64,000 bases of DNA from Coprobacillus sp. CAG:605 (GCA_000433255.1 HF998225.1:19063-83062); one strand, 5' to 3'; positions 13,033 to 23,057 are shown, numbered from the stretch's first letter. Translations and numbers: made by a program. The notes: generated by a model not told the origin, from the sequence alone.

Positions 13033-15207
13033 ATGTACGAAGAAAATAGTTACAAATTAAAAATTGATTGGAAAGCTCTTATAATTAGAGCCATACTAGT
13101 ATTATTATTTATAATATTAGTAATTTGGTTATTCCCAATGCCAAAATTAGACACATTCTACAATAGAATATTCAACGAGAACATGAATACAATGTCTACT
13201 GCTGCTAAAAACTATTTTAACAACAACTTACCAGAAGACATTGGAAACACTTCTACTATTAAATTAGAAGAAATGATAAATAAGAACTTATTAATTGAGT
13301 TTAAAGATAAAAATAACGAATCTTGTAATAAAACTAACTCTTTTGCTCAAATTACCAAAACTGGAACTAATGAATATGTTCTTAAAACTCAACTATCTTG
13401 TCAAGATGAAACTGATTATGTTTTAGAAACATTAAATACTACCCCTGCTAATACAAGTAATATAAATACATCAAATGCAAACAATCAAATTAAAGATGAT
13501 GGCAATAACACTTCAAACACAACAAATACTAATATAAAAAATACCATCAATAACGATGAAGATGATGACGAAGATATTATTAAGGATGATGTTACATATG
13601 ATAAAGATGGAAACATCGCTGGTATAATTGAATATGAATTTAAAAAGCCAATATATTCAAGTACTAAATCTTATTATTGTCCAGATGGCTATGTCTTAGA
13701 TGGAAAAACATGCTATAAAGAAGAAACTGGCGAAACAATTGAAGCTACTAAAGAATATTTTGAAGACAGAATTGAAACCACAGATGCTAAAAAAAGCGAA
13801 GGTGAAAAATACACTGTTAAAGCTGACACTATTAAAAAAGTAGATAAAGTTGAACAAGTTTGTCCAGAAGGATATACTTTAAATAAAAACATGTGCTATA
13901 AATATAAAGAAGCTACTGTAAACCCTGGTTCAACTAAATATACTTGTCCAAGTGGTTACACTTTAGATGGTACTAAATGTGTTCAAACAATCGATGCTAC
14001 TAAAAATACATCAACAGACACAAGCTACTCTTGTCCTAATGGTGGAACACTAAACGGCGCTAAATGTAATAAACAAGATTCAATTGCAGCCGATTATCAC
14101 AATGGTTCAAATAGTTGCAGTTGCCCTAATGGTGGTCATTTAAATGGTACTAGATGTGAGAAAGAAGATAGCATTAATGCTGATTATCACAATGGTACAA
14201 CAAGTTGCTCATGTCCATCAGGATACTCTCCAAGTGGAAGCTCATGTACAAGAACAACATCTTATGGCGCATCAGCAAGTGGATATTGGACTAACCCAAC
14301 AACCCAAACATCAAAAACCCCATTATCAGAATACAATAATGGTAAACAAAAAAGATGGCTTGGAAGCAAATCATGTAATGCTAGAGGATGTACATATACA
14401 TATTATGTTTCTAACTATGTAACATCATATAGTTGTCCTAATGGTGGATCACTAAGCGGATCAACATGCTATAAAACTGAAACAGCTGCCCAAAATTGTT
14501 CAACTACTTCTGGTTATTATACATGTAGTAGAGGAAGTTTAAGAGGTGACAGATGTTATTATGATGCTTCATACAACGCCTCATGCTCAACATCAAATGG
14601 CTACTATACATGTAGCAAAGGAACATTAAATGGTAATAGATGTTACTATGATGCATCATATAATGCCACTAAAAATGATAGTTCAAAAACAACTTATACT
14701 TGTCCAAGTGGCTATGAACAAAAAGATGATAAATGTACAAAAACTATAGATGCAAATAAAAATACAACTGAAACAACCTATACTTGCCCTGAAGGTTATA
14801 CTAAAGAAGGTACAACATGCTATATAACAGCTAAACCTGAAGAAAAAATTACATATAAATATTCTTGTCCTGAAGGATTCACTGCAACTGGTGAAGGCGA
14901 AAAAATGACATGTTCAAAAGAAATGCAAAACGAAGGCAAAACATATTGTGAAGATGCAGATGCCACTCTAGATGGTGATAAATGTATCAAAAAAATTATT
15001 GGAGCATTTAAAGGTTATAGCTGCCCAGATGGCTACATTCTAAATGGTAATAAGTGTACAAAGAAAACAACAAGTTGTATGAGTGCACTGGTCGATACAA
15101 GCACTTCAGTATCTTATAAATATACATGGAGTAGAAAGAAAACATTAGATGGTTGGACTCCAACAGGTAAAACTAGAACTATTAAATCTACTCAATTAAT
15201 TAAATAG
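13033..15207 (+). CDS. N-terminally anchored surface protein with about 14 Cys-rich C-P-x-G-[YG]-x-x-x-G-x-x-C repeats
   Basis: It starts 2 nt after the upstream stop. One TM is followed by an approx 90-aa domain, an Asn/Thr/Asp low-complexity spacer and then the repeats (YTCPSGYTLDGTKC, YSCPNGGTLNGAKC, YTCPEGYTKEGTTC and others). It contains roughly three dozen Cys in total. Confidence 0.7.
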   Translation: MYEENSYKLKIDWKALIIRAILVLLFIILVIWLFPMPKLDTFYNRIFNENMNTMSTAAKNYFNNNLPEDIGNTSTIKLEEMINKNLLIEFKDKNNESCNKTNSFAQITKTGTNEYVLKTQLSCQDETDYVLETLNTTPANTSNINTSNANNQIKDDGNNTSNTTNTNIKNTINNDEDDDEDIIKDDVTYDKDGNIAGIIEYEFKKPIYSSTKSYYCPDGYVLDGKTCYKEETGETIEATKEYFEDRIETTDAKKSEGEKYTVKADTIKKVDKVEQVCPEGYTLNKNMCYKYKEATVNPGSTKYTCPSGYTLDGTKCVQTIDATKNTSTDTSYSCPNGGTLNGAKCNKQDSIAADYHNGSNSCSCPNGGHLNGTRCEKEDSINADYHNGTTSCSCPSGYSPSGSSCTRTTSYGASASGYWTNPTTQTSKTPLSEYNNGKQKRWLGSKSCNARGCTYTYYVSNYVTSYSCPNGGSLSGSTCYKTETAAQNCSTTSGYYTCSRGSLRGDRCYYDASYNASCSTSNGYYTCSKGTLNGNRCYYDASYNATKNDSSKTTYTCPSGYEQKDDKCTKTIDANKNTTETTYTCPEGYTKEGTTCYITAKPEEKITYKYSCPEGFTATGEGEKMTCSKEMQNEGKTYCEDADATLDGDKCIKKIIGAFKGYSCPDGYILNGNKCTKKTTSCMSALVDTSTSVSYKYTWSRKKTLDGWTPTGKTRTIKSTQLIK
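13672..15060 (+). repeat. In-frame array of Cys-pair repeat modules including two recent internal duplications
   Basis: Two pairs of near-duplicate DNA and protein segments are visible. One is ADYHNGSNSCSCPNGGHLNGTRCEKEDSI / ADYHNGTTSCSCPSGY. The other is GYYTCSRGSLRGDRCYYDASYNA / GYYTCSKGTLNGNRCYYDASYNA. Confidence 0.8.
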
Positions 15208-15230
15208 GCAATTAAGCCTATTTTTTATTT
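15205..15230 (+). terminator. Weak terminator of the plus-strand operon
   Basis: TAGGC-AATTAA-GCCTA is followed by TTTTTTATTT and overlaps the stop codon. Confidence 0.5.
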
Positions 15231-15259
15231 GCAAATGAATTTTTATACTAAAAAAGACA

Positions 15260-15505
15260 CTATAATTGTGCCTTTAAAATTCTTGTTAATATTATAATTA
15301 ATTCATTATCAGTAACAGGGTCAACATACACATCATTACCATCAATTACTTCTTCTAAGATCTTTACCTTATCAGAAACAATATCGCCATTATCAGTAAC
15401 ACCCATTACTAAAAAATATTTAACTCCACCATACATTGTTTCATTAAGTACAACGTATTTTTCTTTATTTTCAAGTGTAATAATAGTATTAGTCTTTAAA
15501 CCCAT
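15260..15505 (-). CDS. Small cytoplasmic protein (81 aa), unknown function
   Basis: It has a GAAGGGAAAG RBS. The ORF is compact and acidic, with no recognisable motif. Confidence 0.5.
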   Translation of the reverse strand: MGLKTNTIITLENKEKYVVLNETMYGGVKYFLVMGVTDNGDIVSDKVKILEEVIDGNDVYVDPVTDNELIIILTRILKAQL

Positions 15506-15528
15506 TTTATTCTTTCCCTTCTACTTTC

Positions 15529-16530
15529 TTACGCAGCAAGCTTTCTAGTAGGTCCAGATTCTTCCATAGCTTTAGAACCATTACCATAAACAACATTTAC
15601 AGGTGTTGAACTAACAACCTTAAAGCCTCTTTTTTTCTTTTCTACTTCCGGAGTTGCACTTTCTATAGATACAACTTCATTAGAATTATCATTTACTAAA
15701 TCATTATATCCTTCAAAAGGATTTGAATTAGAAGAATATAAATCATCTAACATTGTAAATGGATTACTATTATCTTCCACTTTTGGTTTTTCTACATGAT
15801 TATCCGCTACTGCTACAGCAGGTTCTTCTACCTTAGCACTAGTATCTTCACTATTTAATAAAGCACTTAAATCATCAAATACAGCAGGTCCCGAAGCAAC
15901 TGGAGACTCTTTTTTCGTTTTATTTTCTACTTCAGTAGTTGACGCAGGTGCTTCTACTTTTGGTTCTTCTTTAGTTTCATTAAAAATTGGACCAAATATA
16001 GCATCCATATTATTTGCATCTTCAACTACAGGACTTGCAGTATCATCTTTAGTGTCAAAACTATCAGTTTCTAAAGATAAATCATGTTCAACTACTTCTT
16101 CTTTAGGTTCAACTTCAGGTGCTTGAACTTCAGTAACTTCACTATTTTGAATGCCTAATAAGTTATTTGCAGTTACTTCAACATCATTAACTAATCCTAG
16201 TACAGCAGCAATAACATACTTTTCAGAGTCATAAGCAGTGTATTTTCTCTTTTGCTCTTCTAACTCTTTAAGATAATTATTCAATAATGCCTCATTAGTA
16301 TCAATATCACTTTGTTTAGCAACTTCACTATTCTTTAAGACATTTAACATATCTATACGTAATTTAGCATTTTCTAATGCATCTTTAGTAACTTTATGAA
16401 GTCCTAAAACTTGGCTAGCTTCATCTTTTGCAGAATTTGTTTCTTTTAATTCCTCTTCAATTTTTCTTGCTTTCTCATCTAACTCAGTTACTGCTGACTG
16501 AGTATTTAAAATAGCATCATTCATATTCAT
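15529..16530 (-). CDS. Coiled-coil N-terminus plus acidic disordered C-terminal region, unknown function
   Basis: The first 100 aa or so are heptad-like. The remainder is rich in E/P/V/D/S (PEVEPKEEV and similar). It has its own TTGCAA-17-TAAAAT promoter at about 16560-16590. Confidence 0.5.
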   Translation of the reverse strand: MNMNDAILNTQSAVTELDEKARKIEEELKETNSAKDEASQVLGLHKVTKDALENAKLRIDMLNVLKNSEVAKQSDIDTNEALLNNYLKELEEQKRKYTAYDSEKYVIAAVLGLVNDVEVTANNLLGIQNSEVTEVQAPEVEPKEEVVEHDLSLETDSFDTKDDTASPVVEDANNMDAIFGPIFNETKEEPKVEAPASTTEVENKTKKESPVASGPAVFDDLSALLNSEDTSAKVEEPAVAVADNHVEKPKVEDNSNPFTMLDDLYSSNSNPFEGYNDLVNDNSNEVVSIESATPEVEKKKRGFKVVSSTPVNVVYGNGSKAMEESGPTRKLAA

Positions 16531-16592
16531 ATCTCATCGACCCTTTACTATAATACTACCCTAATTTTATCACATAAAAAAAAGAGTTGCAA

Positions 16593-16625
16593 TAAAAAAA
16601 CTAGAAAAGTTTACACTAATTCTAG
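16593..16625 (-). terminator. Terminator of the alpha operon, overlapping the rplQ stop
   Basis: The minus RNA CUAGAA-12 nt-UUCUAG is followed by U7. Confidence 0.6.
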
Positions 16626-16955
16626 TTTTACAGTTAGAGCATCGTCTCCAACTCTTTCTTTTAATTTGATAATTCTAGTGTAGCCACCATTTCTATCAGC
16701 ATATTTTGGTGATAATTCATTAAATACTTTTGCAACTACATCCTTATCATTATGTAAGAAAGCTAAAGCTTTTCTTCTAGAAACTAAAGTACCCTTCTTA
16801 CCATAAGTAATCATACGTTCTACAAATTTTCTAGCTTCTTTAGCTCTTGCTTCAGTTGTAACAACATATCCATTATTAATAACGTCTTTAGTTAAACTAG
16901 CAAGAATACTTCTACGAATACGAGATTCTCTATTTAATTTTCTATATTTTGCCAT
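16611..16955 (-). CDS. rplQ: 50S ribosomal protein L17
   Basis: MAKYRKLNRESRIRRSIL... and ...RNGGYTRI are L17 hallmarks. It is the last gene after rpoA. Confidence 0.95.
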   Translation of the reverse strand: MAKYRKLNRESRIRRSILASLTKDVINNGYVVTTEARAKEARKFVERMITYGKKGTLVSRRKALAFLHNDKDVVAKVFNELSPKYADRNGGYTRIIKLKERVGDDALTVKLELV

Positions 16956-16973
16956 ATTTACACCTCCATTTAA

Positions 16974-17921
16974 TTAGTCCTTAAAATTAAGACCCATTTC
17001 TTTAACTTTATCTAATACTTCTTTAAGTGATTTTTTACCTAAATTTCTAATCTTAGTAACTTCTATTTCACGTTTATTGATTAAATCTTGAACGGTATTT
17101 ACTCCTGCTCTTTTTAAACAATTGTAAGCACGAACAGAGAATTCAATCTCTTCAATAGGAGTTTCTAAAGTTTTAGTAATAGTATCAACTTTCTTTTCAG
17201 CCATTAATCCAGAAACATCAGCAATATTATTTAAATCAGTAATAATATTAAAATGTTCAACTAAGATCTTAGCACTTAAAGCCATAGCTTCTTCAGGAGT
17301 AACAGAGCCATTTGTATAAACATGCATAACTAATTTATCATAATTTTCATTTTGACCAACACGAGCAGGTTCAACTTCATAACTAACTCTTTCAATTGGA
17401 GAATATAAACTATCAATAGCAATAACTCCAACTTTCTTTTCTCCTAATAATTTTTCATTAGCTTTAGAATCAACATATCCACGACCATTACCAACAGTCA
17501 TTTCCATATCAATTTTTCCACCCTTACATAAATTACAAATAACTAAATCAGGGTTAACAATTTCGATATCAGCATCAGCTGCAATTTGACCAGCAGTTAC
17601 AGGACCTTCTTCATTAGCAACTAATCTAATAACTTTATTAGTATCAGTAGAATGATTAATTAATACTAAACTCTTTAAATTTAAGATAATAGTAGTAACA
17701 TCTTCCTTAACTCCATCAATCTTTTGGAATTCATGCATTACTCCAGCAATCTTAACTGAAGTAACTGCACTTCCAGGTAAACTAGAAAGCATAACTCTTC
17801 TTAAAGCATTACCAATAGTAGTACCAAATCCTCTTTCTAATGGATCTAATTCAAATCTTCCGTAGTGATTATTTTCTACGCATTCTGTAATTTTATAATC
17901 TGGTTTATCAAATTTTATCAT
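16974..17921 (-). CDS. rpoA: DNA-directed RNA polymerase alpha subunit
   Basis: The protein is full length at 315 aa. It has GTTIGNALRRVMLSSLPG near the N-terminus and a C-terminal domain with SVRAYNCLKRAG. Confidence 0.97.
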   Translation of the reverse strand: MIKFDKPDYKITECVENNHYGRFELDPLERGFGTTIGNALRRVMLSSLPGSAVTSVKIAGVMHEFQKIDGVKEDVTTIILNLKSLVLINHSTDTNKVIRLVANEEGPVTAGQIAADADIEIVNPDLVICNLCKGGKIDMEMTVGNGRGYVDSKANEKLLGEKKVGVIAIDSLYSPIERVSYEVEPARVGQNENYDKLVMHVYTNGSVTPEEAMALSAKILVEHFNIITDLNNIADVSGLMAEKKVDTITKTLETPIEEIEFSVRAYNCLKRAGVNTVQDLINKREIEVTKIRNLGKKSLKEVLDKVKEMGLNFKD

Positions 17922-17938
17922 TTAACCATTCCCCTTTC

Positions 17939-18322
17939 TTAATTTCTTGGACGTTTTGGTGGACGGCATCCATTATGTGGAACAGGTGTAATATCATTAA
18001 TTGCAGTAATTTCTAGTCCAGCAGTTTGTAATGAACGAATTGCATTTTCTCTACCAGCACCTAAGCCCTTAACAAATACTTCAACTTTTTTTACGCCGTT
18101 ATCCATAGCAACTCTAGCAGCAGCTTCTGCACTCATACCAGCAGCATAAGGAGTTTTCTTTTTAGAACCCTTATATCCAATAGTACCAGCAGATGCCCAA
18201 CTTATTACATTACCATTATTATCACTAATAGATACAACAGTATTATTATAAGTACATTGAATATGTGCTTGAGCTTCTGGAATATTCTTCTTTACTTTTC
18301 TTTTTCTTCTATTATAAGCCAT
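17939..18322 (-). CDS. rpsK: 30S ribosomal protein S11
   Basis: The ends NNTVVSISD...[13 protein letters not shown]...[12 protein letters not shown] are typical of S11. Confidence 0.96.
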   Translation of the reverse strand: MAYNRRKRKVKKNIPEAQAHIQCTYNNTVVSISDNNGNVISWASAGTIGYKGSKKKTPYAAGMSAEAAARVAMDNGVKKVEVFVKGLGAGRENAIRSLQTAGLEITAINDITPVPHNGCRPPKRPRN

Positions 18323-18336
18323 TATAGTACCTCCTA

Positions 18337-18711
18337 TTACTTACTTACTTTTTTCTTATTAGCTACAGTCTTACCCTTACCTTTTCTAGTACGAGCATTT
18401 CTACTTGTTCTTTGTCCATGAACAGGTAACCCTTTTTTATGTCTAGTACCTTGGTAAGAATTAATTTCCATCTTGTTTTTAATGTTCATTTGAACTTCAC
18501 GACGAAGTTCACCTTCTACAACATATTTTTCTACTTCACTACGAATTGCAGCAACTTCAGCTTCAGTTAAATCTTTACCTTTTTTAGATCTTTCAACTTT
18601 AGCATCATCACAAATTTGTTCTGCTAAGTTTCTACCAATTCCGTAAATAGCAGTTAAGCCAATACAAATATGTTTTTCATTAGGTATTTCAATATTTTTA
18701 ATACGTGCCAT
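18337..18711 (-). CDS. rpsM: 30S ribosomal protein S13
   Basis: MARI...IYGIG...[18 protein letters not shown] is typical of S13. Confidence 0.96.
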   Translation of the reverse strand: MARIKNIEIPNEKHICIGLTAIYGIGRNLAEQICDDAKVERSKKGKDLTEAEVAAIRSEVEKYVVEGELRREVQMNIKNKMEINSYQGTRHKKGLPVHGQRTSRNARTRKGKGKTVANKKKVSK

Positions 18712-18725
18712 AAATAATCCTCCTA

Positions 18726-18839
18726 TTAACCTTGAGTTTGTTTGTGTTTTGGATTTTCACAAATAACCATTACTTTACCTTTTCTTTTAATTACTTTACA
18801 TTTTGCACAAATTTTCTTTACTGATGGTCTAACTTTCAT
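18726..18839 (-). CDS. rpmJ: 50S ribosomal protein L36 (zinc-ribbon form)
   Basis: This ORF is not in the supplied track. The minus-strand translation is [37 protein letters not shown] with a GGAGGT RBS 5 nt upstream. It sits in the canonical infA-rpmJ-rpsM position. Confidence 0.93.
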   Translation of the reverse strand: MKVRPSVKKICAKCKVIKRKGKVMVICENPKHKQTQG

Positions 18840-18852
18840 AATAATACCTCCA

Positions 18853-19074
18853 TTATCTCTTATTCCATACAATACGCCCACGTGTTAAATCATAAGGCGA
18901 CAACACTATAGTTACTGTATCACCTGGTAGAATACGAATCATATTCATACGCATTTTACCAGAAACGTAGGCTTTTACAGTTTTATTATACTTAGGTAAA
19001 TTTACAATGTATTCGCCACCCTTAAGTAACTCTACAACTTTACCTTCTACTTCTATTTTATCTTCTTTAGCCAT
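18853..19074 (-). CDS. infA: Translation initiation factor IF-1
   Basis: A 73-aa S1-like fold with the pattern [13 protein letters not shown]...[15 protein letters not shown]. Confidence 0.95.
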   Translation of the reverse strand: MAKEDKIEVEGKVVELLKGGEYIVNLPKYNKTVKAYVSGKMRMNMIRILPGDTVTIVLSPYDLTRGRIVWNKR

Positions 19075-19078
19075 TTAT

Positions 19079-19825
19079 TTATTCTCCTGTTAATATTTCG
19101 TATCCATCTTTGGTAACTAATACTGTATGTTCAAAGTGAGCTGATGGCGAACCATCTTCCGTACAAATTGTCCAATCATCATCCAACATATAAACATAGC
19201 GTTCACCATAGTTTAGCATTGGTTCGATAGCAATTGTCATACCCGCTTTTAAAGTCATTCCAGTATGTGCTTTACCATAATTTAGAACATCGGGATCCTC
19301 ATGTAGTTCATTACCAATTCCATGACCACATAACTCTTTAACAACACTTAAATGATGTTCATGAGCATATTGTTCAATAGCATGACCTATATCACCAAGT
19401 TTAGCTCCCTCTTTAACTTGCTTTATACCTTCATATAAAGATTTCTTAGTATGTTCTATTAAATACTCTTTTTCTTTACTAATATGTCCTACAGGGTAGG
19501 TAGCAGCAGAATCTGAATGATAACCTTTATAAATCATTGAAATATCAAGTTTAACAATATCACCATTCTTAAGCTTTCTTTTCCCTGGGATTCCATGTAC
19601 TACCTCATCATTTATAGAAATACATAAATAACCAGGATATCCTTCATAACCTTTAGTTGATGAAATACATCCATTCTCTTCCATAAACTTTTTAGCAATA
19701 CTTTCTAATTCTCCAGTTGTAATACCCGGACGGATATTTTTTTCTAGAAGTTTATGACATAAATAGTTAATATGACCAGAATGTTTCATTAATTCAATTT
19801 CATGTTCACTTTTAACACTAACCAT
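19079..19825 (-). CDS. map: Methionine aminopeptidase type I
   Basis: The metal-ligand context DISMIYKGYHSD...HGIG...IEP...EHT is present. It sits in the spc-operon position after adk. Confidence 0.93.
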   Translation of the reverse strand: MVSVKSEHEIELMKHSGHINYLCHKLLEKNIRPGITTGELESIAKKFMEENGCISSTKGYEGYPGYLCISINDEVVHGIPGKRKLKNGDIVKLDISMIYKGYHSDSAATYPVGHISKEKEYLIEHTKKSLYEGIKQVKEGAKLGDIGHAIEQYAHEHHLSVVKELCGHGIGNELHEDPDVLNYGKAHTGMTLKAGMTIAIEPMLNYGERYVYMLDDDWTICTEDGSPSAHFEHTVLVTKDGYEILTGE

Positions 19826-20479
19826 TTATACCTCCAAATATTTTTCTACTTGCAATAAAGTTTCTTCTAAATTATCAGTGACATTAACTACACCTAATCT
19901 ATTAATCTTATTAAAATAATCAACAACTGGTTTAGTATTATTCATATATTCATCATAACGAATCTTAAATGTTTCTTCATTATCATCACTACGAATCTCT
20001 AATTTAGAACCACAATTATCACATATACCATCTATCTTAGGTTTCGTTGCTTCAATATATTTATTATAACTATTTCCACAATTTTTACAAGTTAATCTTC
20101 CTAAAGTACGATGCATCGCCTTTTCATAATCAATATCTAGATAAATAGCAATATAATTATCAATATCATCTTTTTTAAATAAATTTAATAACGAATCAAC
20201 TTGACTTAAATTTCTAGGATAACCATCTAATATAAATGGAATATCTTTATCTCTATTATCTAAACTTTTTTCTAGTAATTCTAAGACAATTTCATCAGGA
20301 ACAAGCTTACCACTACTTAACATAGTAACAAGTTTTCTTCCTAATTCATTATCTTGATTTTTAGCATCTCTTAATAAATCGCCAGTCGAAATATGCATAT
20401 AACCATATTTAGCTTTTAGAAGAGAACTCATTGTTCCCTTCCCAGCTGCAGGAGGCGCTATGAAAATGATGTTTTTCAT
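19826..20479 (-). CDS. adk: Adenylate kinase (zinc-lid form)
   Basis: It has the P-loop APPAAGKGT and the lid Cys quartet CKNCG...CDNCG. It overlaps secY by 4 nt. Confidence 0.95.
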   Translation of the reverse strand: MKNIIFIAPPAAGKGTMSSLLKAKYGYMHISTGDLLRDAKNQDNELGRKLVTMLSSGKLVPDEIVLELLEKSLDNRDKDIPFILDGYPRNLSQVDSLLNLFKKDDIDNYIAIYLDIDYEKAMHRTLGRLTCKNCGNSYNKYIEATKPKIDGICDNCGSKLEIRSDDNEETFKIRYDEYMNNTKPVVDYFNKINRLGVVNVTDNLEETLLQVEKYLEV

Positions 20480-21738
20480 CTTCTACGTCTTCCCCTTTTA
20501 TACTCACGACTAACTAATGAGCTTTCAATTTGTTTATAGGTTTCAATAGCGACACCTACAACAATTAATAATCCCGTTCCTCCAATTGTTACTGAACTAG
20601 GAAGTCCAGAAAACTTAGAGAATAATATAGGTAACCCAGCTATTATTACTAAGAATATTGAACCAACAATTGTTAATTTTCCAATAATATTAGAAATATA
20701 ATTAGTTGTTTCAACACCAGGTCTTACCCCAGGAATATATCCACCATTTTTATTTAAATTCTTACTCATTTCTTCAGGATTTAATTCCATAAATGTATAG
20801 AAGTATCCAAAGAACATTATAAGTAATATATATAATACAAAACCAGTAGGACTTGTACTAACAATATAATTATTAACAAAATTTATCGCATTCTCATTAC
20901 CAATTAAATTAACTATTGTAGTAGGAATAGCAAGTAAAGTCATAGCGAATATTACAGGCATTACTCCAGCACTATTAAGTTTAATAGGTAAAAATGAAGT
21001 TTGAGCTCCATAAGCACTATTTGTTCTATTTGAATATTGAATAGGTATTCTTCTTTCAGCAAGCTGAATGAATACTACACCAACAATAATAAATATATAA
21101 ATAAGCACAAAAGCTGCAAATAATAAACTACCAACTAAAGTTGTATAAGTACCACTTGTTACAAAACCTTGAAAAGCAGTAACAAACATACTAGGTAAAC
21201 TTTGAATAATACCTGCCATAATTAATAGAGACATACCATTACCAATACCTTTATTAGTAACTTCATCACCTATCCATAATAAGAAGCAAGTACCAGCAGT
21301 CATTACGATTGTAGTCTTAAGAATATCCATACTACTCATACCCTTCATATATACAATGGTTAGTATATAAGCTTGGATAATCGCAAATAATATTCCTAAA
21401 TATCTTGTAATACGATTAATTTTTTGTCTTCCAGTATAACCCTCTTCTTTTAATTCTTTAAAATAAGGAATTATATCCATTTGTAATAATTGGGTAATAA
21501 TAGATGCTGTAATGTATGGTGAAACACCCAACGCAAATATTGAGAAACTCTTTAAGCCACCACCGCTCATCAAGTTAAAGATTTCTAAAAATCCTAATTC
21601 TTGATAAACAGCAGATGCCCAAGGAATTGTTACATTAGAGCCTAAGCAAAATAAGCCTAAGCACATTAATGTAAAATAAATTCTTTTTCTTAAATCTTTA
21701 CTAGCGGGACTAAATAGTTGCTTTAGTTTAGCAAACAT
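20476..21738 (-). CDS. secY: Preprotein translocase subunit SecY
   Basis: A 420-aa, 10-TM protein with GVSPYITASII and the GYIPGVRPG motif. Confidence 0.96.
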   Translation of the reverse strand: MFAKLKQLFSPASKDLRKRIYFTLMCLGLFCLGSNVTIPWASAVYQELGFLEIFNLMSGGGLKSFSIFALGVSPYITASIITQLLQMDIIPYFKELKEEGYTGRQKINRITRYLGILFAIIQAYILTIVYMKGMSSMDILKTTIVMTAGTCFLLWIGDEVTNKGIGNGMSLLIMAGIIQSLPSMFVTAFQGFVTSGTYTTLVGSLLFAAFVLIYIFIIVGVVFIQLAERRIPIQYSNRTNSAYGAQTSFLPIKLNSAGVMPVIFAMTLLAIPTTIVNLIGNENAINFVNNYIVSTSPTGFVLYILLIMFFGYFYTFMELNPEEMSKNLNKNGGYIPGVRPGVETTNYISNIIGKLTIVGSIFLVIIAGLPILFSKFSGLPSSVTIGGTGLLIVVGVAIETYKQIESSLVSREYKRGRRRR

Positions 21739-21739
21739 T

Positions 21740-22183
21740 TTAGATCACCTCAGTAGTACCACCGGCTGCTTCAATTTTAGATACTGCAACACTTGAGAAA
21801 CGATTAGCTTTAACTGTTAATTTCTTTTCAAGGTTACCAGTTGCTAAAACTTTAACACCAGATAGTTGTTTCTTAATAATACCCTTTTCTTTTAAAATTT
21901 CTGGAGTAACCACATCTCCATCGTTAAAGTGTTTATTTAAATCACTTAGGTTAATAGTTGCATATCTAGTTGTAAATCTTGCATTATTAAATCCACGTTT
22001 AGGGATTCTTCTATATAATGGAGTTTGACCACCTTGGAACCATGGAGCTATTGAAGCACCACTACGTTTCTTTTGACCTTTTTCTCCACGAGTAGCAGTC
22101 TTACCCATTCCTGATCCAGGACCACGACCTACTCTCTTTTTTGCTTTTGCTTCAGGTAGAGCATTTAATTCATGTAACTTCAT
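21740..22183 (-). CDS. rplO: 50S ribosomal protein L15
   Basis: MKLHEL...[19 protein letters not shown] is typical of L15. Confidence 0.95.
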   Translation of the reverse strand: MKLHELNALPEAKAKKRVGRGPGSGMGKTATRGEKGQKKRSGASIAPWFQGGQTPLYRRIPKRGFNNARFTTRYATINLSDLNKHFNDGDVVTPEILKEKGIIKKQLSGVKVLATGNLEKKLTVKANRFSSVAVSKIEAAGGTTEVI

Positions 22184-22184
22184 A

Positions 22185-22688
22185 CTATAATTCCTCTACT
22201 TTCTTTCCTCTTAATTCAGCAACATATTCAGCTGTTCTTTGAGATTTTAAAGCTTCTAATGTAGCCTTAGCAACGTTAACTTTAGTATTTGAAGCTAAAG
22301 ATTTAGATACTACATCTTTTACACCAGCAAGTTCTAATACTGCACGAGCAGCACCACCGGCAACTAATCCAGTACCTTCTTTAGCAGGTTTTAATAATAC
22401 TTCAGCACGTCCAACTTTAGCTGTTGCTTCATGAGGAATAGTTCTATTGTCAACTAAAGATACTTTAACAACATTTTTATTAGCAGCTTGTAATGCCTTT
22501 TTAATTGCTTCAGGAACTTCATTTGATTTTCCGCTACCTAAACCAACTAATCCTTTTCTATTTCCTACTACAACTGTAGCTAGAAATCTAAAATGTCTAC
22601 CACCTTTAGTAACCTTAGTAACACGTCCAATTGATATAACTTGATCTTCAAGCATACTTTTTTTAGATTCAGTTTCTTTTCTTGGCAT
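22185..22688 (-). CDS. rpsE: 30S ribosomal protein S5
   Basis: The motifs [13 protein letters not shown] and [12 protein letters not shown] are present. Its stop is 1 nt before the rplO start. Confidence 0.96.
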   Translation of the reverse strand: MPRKETESKKSMLEDQVISIGRVTKVTKGGRHFRFLATVVVGNRKGLVGLGSGKSNEVPEAIKKALQAANKNVVKVSLVDNRTIPHEATAKVGRAEVLLKPAKEGTGLVAGGAARAVLELAGVKDVVSKSLASNTKVNVAKATLEALKSQRTAEYVAELRGKKVEEL

Positions 22689-22700
22689 AATTTCCTCCTC

Positions 22701-23057
22701 TTAGAATTCTAATCCGTTTTCACGTGCAGCTTCAGCTAAAGCCTTAACACGTCCATGATAAAGGTATCCACCTCTATCGAAAACTACTTTTGTAATTTTA
22801 GCTTTTTTAGCTTTTTTAGCAATGTCAGCACCAACTAATTTAGCACCTTCAACATTACCACCATTGTTGATTTTTAACTCAACTGATGAAGAACTAACTA
22901 GGGTAGTTTGTTTTTCATCATCAATAATTTGAGCAAAAATATTATTATTTGATCTAAATACGTTTAATCTAGGAACTTCACTAGTGCCAGCAATTTTATT
23001 ACGAACTCTAGTGTGTCTGATTTTACGCATTACATTACTTGATTCTTTCTTTATCAT
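22701..23057 (-). CDS. rplR: 50S ribosomal protein L18
   Basis: [11 protein letters not shown]...[17 protein letters not shown]...[25 protein letters not shown] is typical of L18. Confidence 0.96.
   Translation of the reverse strand: MIKKESSNVMRKIRHTRVRNKIAGTSEVPRLNVFRSNNNIFAQIIDDEKQTTLVSSSSVELKINNGGNVEGAKLVGADIAKKAKKAKITKVVFDRGGYLYHGRVKALAEAARENGLEF

Noticed and set aside
22716-22731. A CACGTG-centred sequence resembling a parS half-site.
   Set aside because: The flanks match only about 4 of 10 consensus positions of TGTTNCACGTGAAACA, and the site lies inside rplR. No convincing parS was seen in or near parB by eye.
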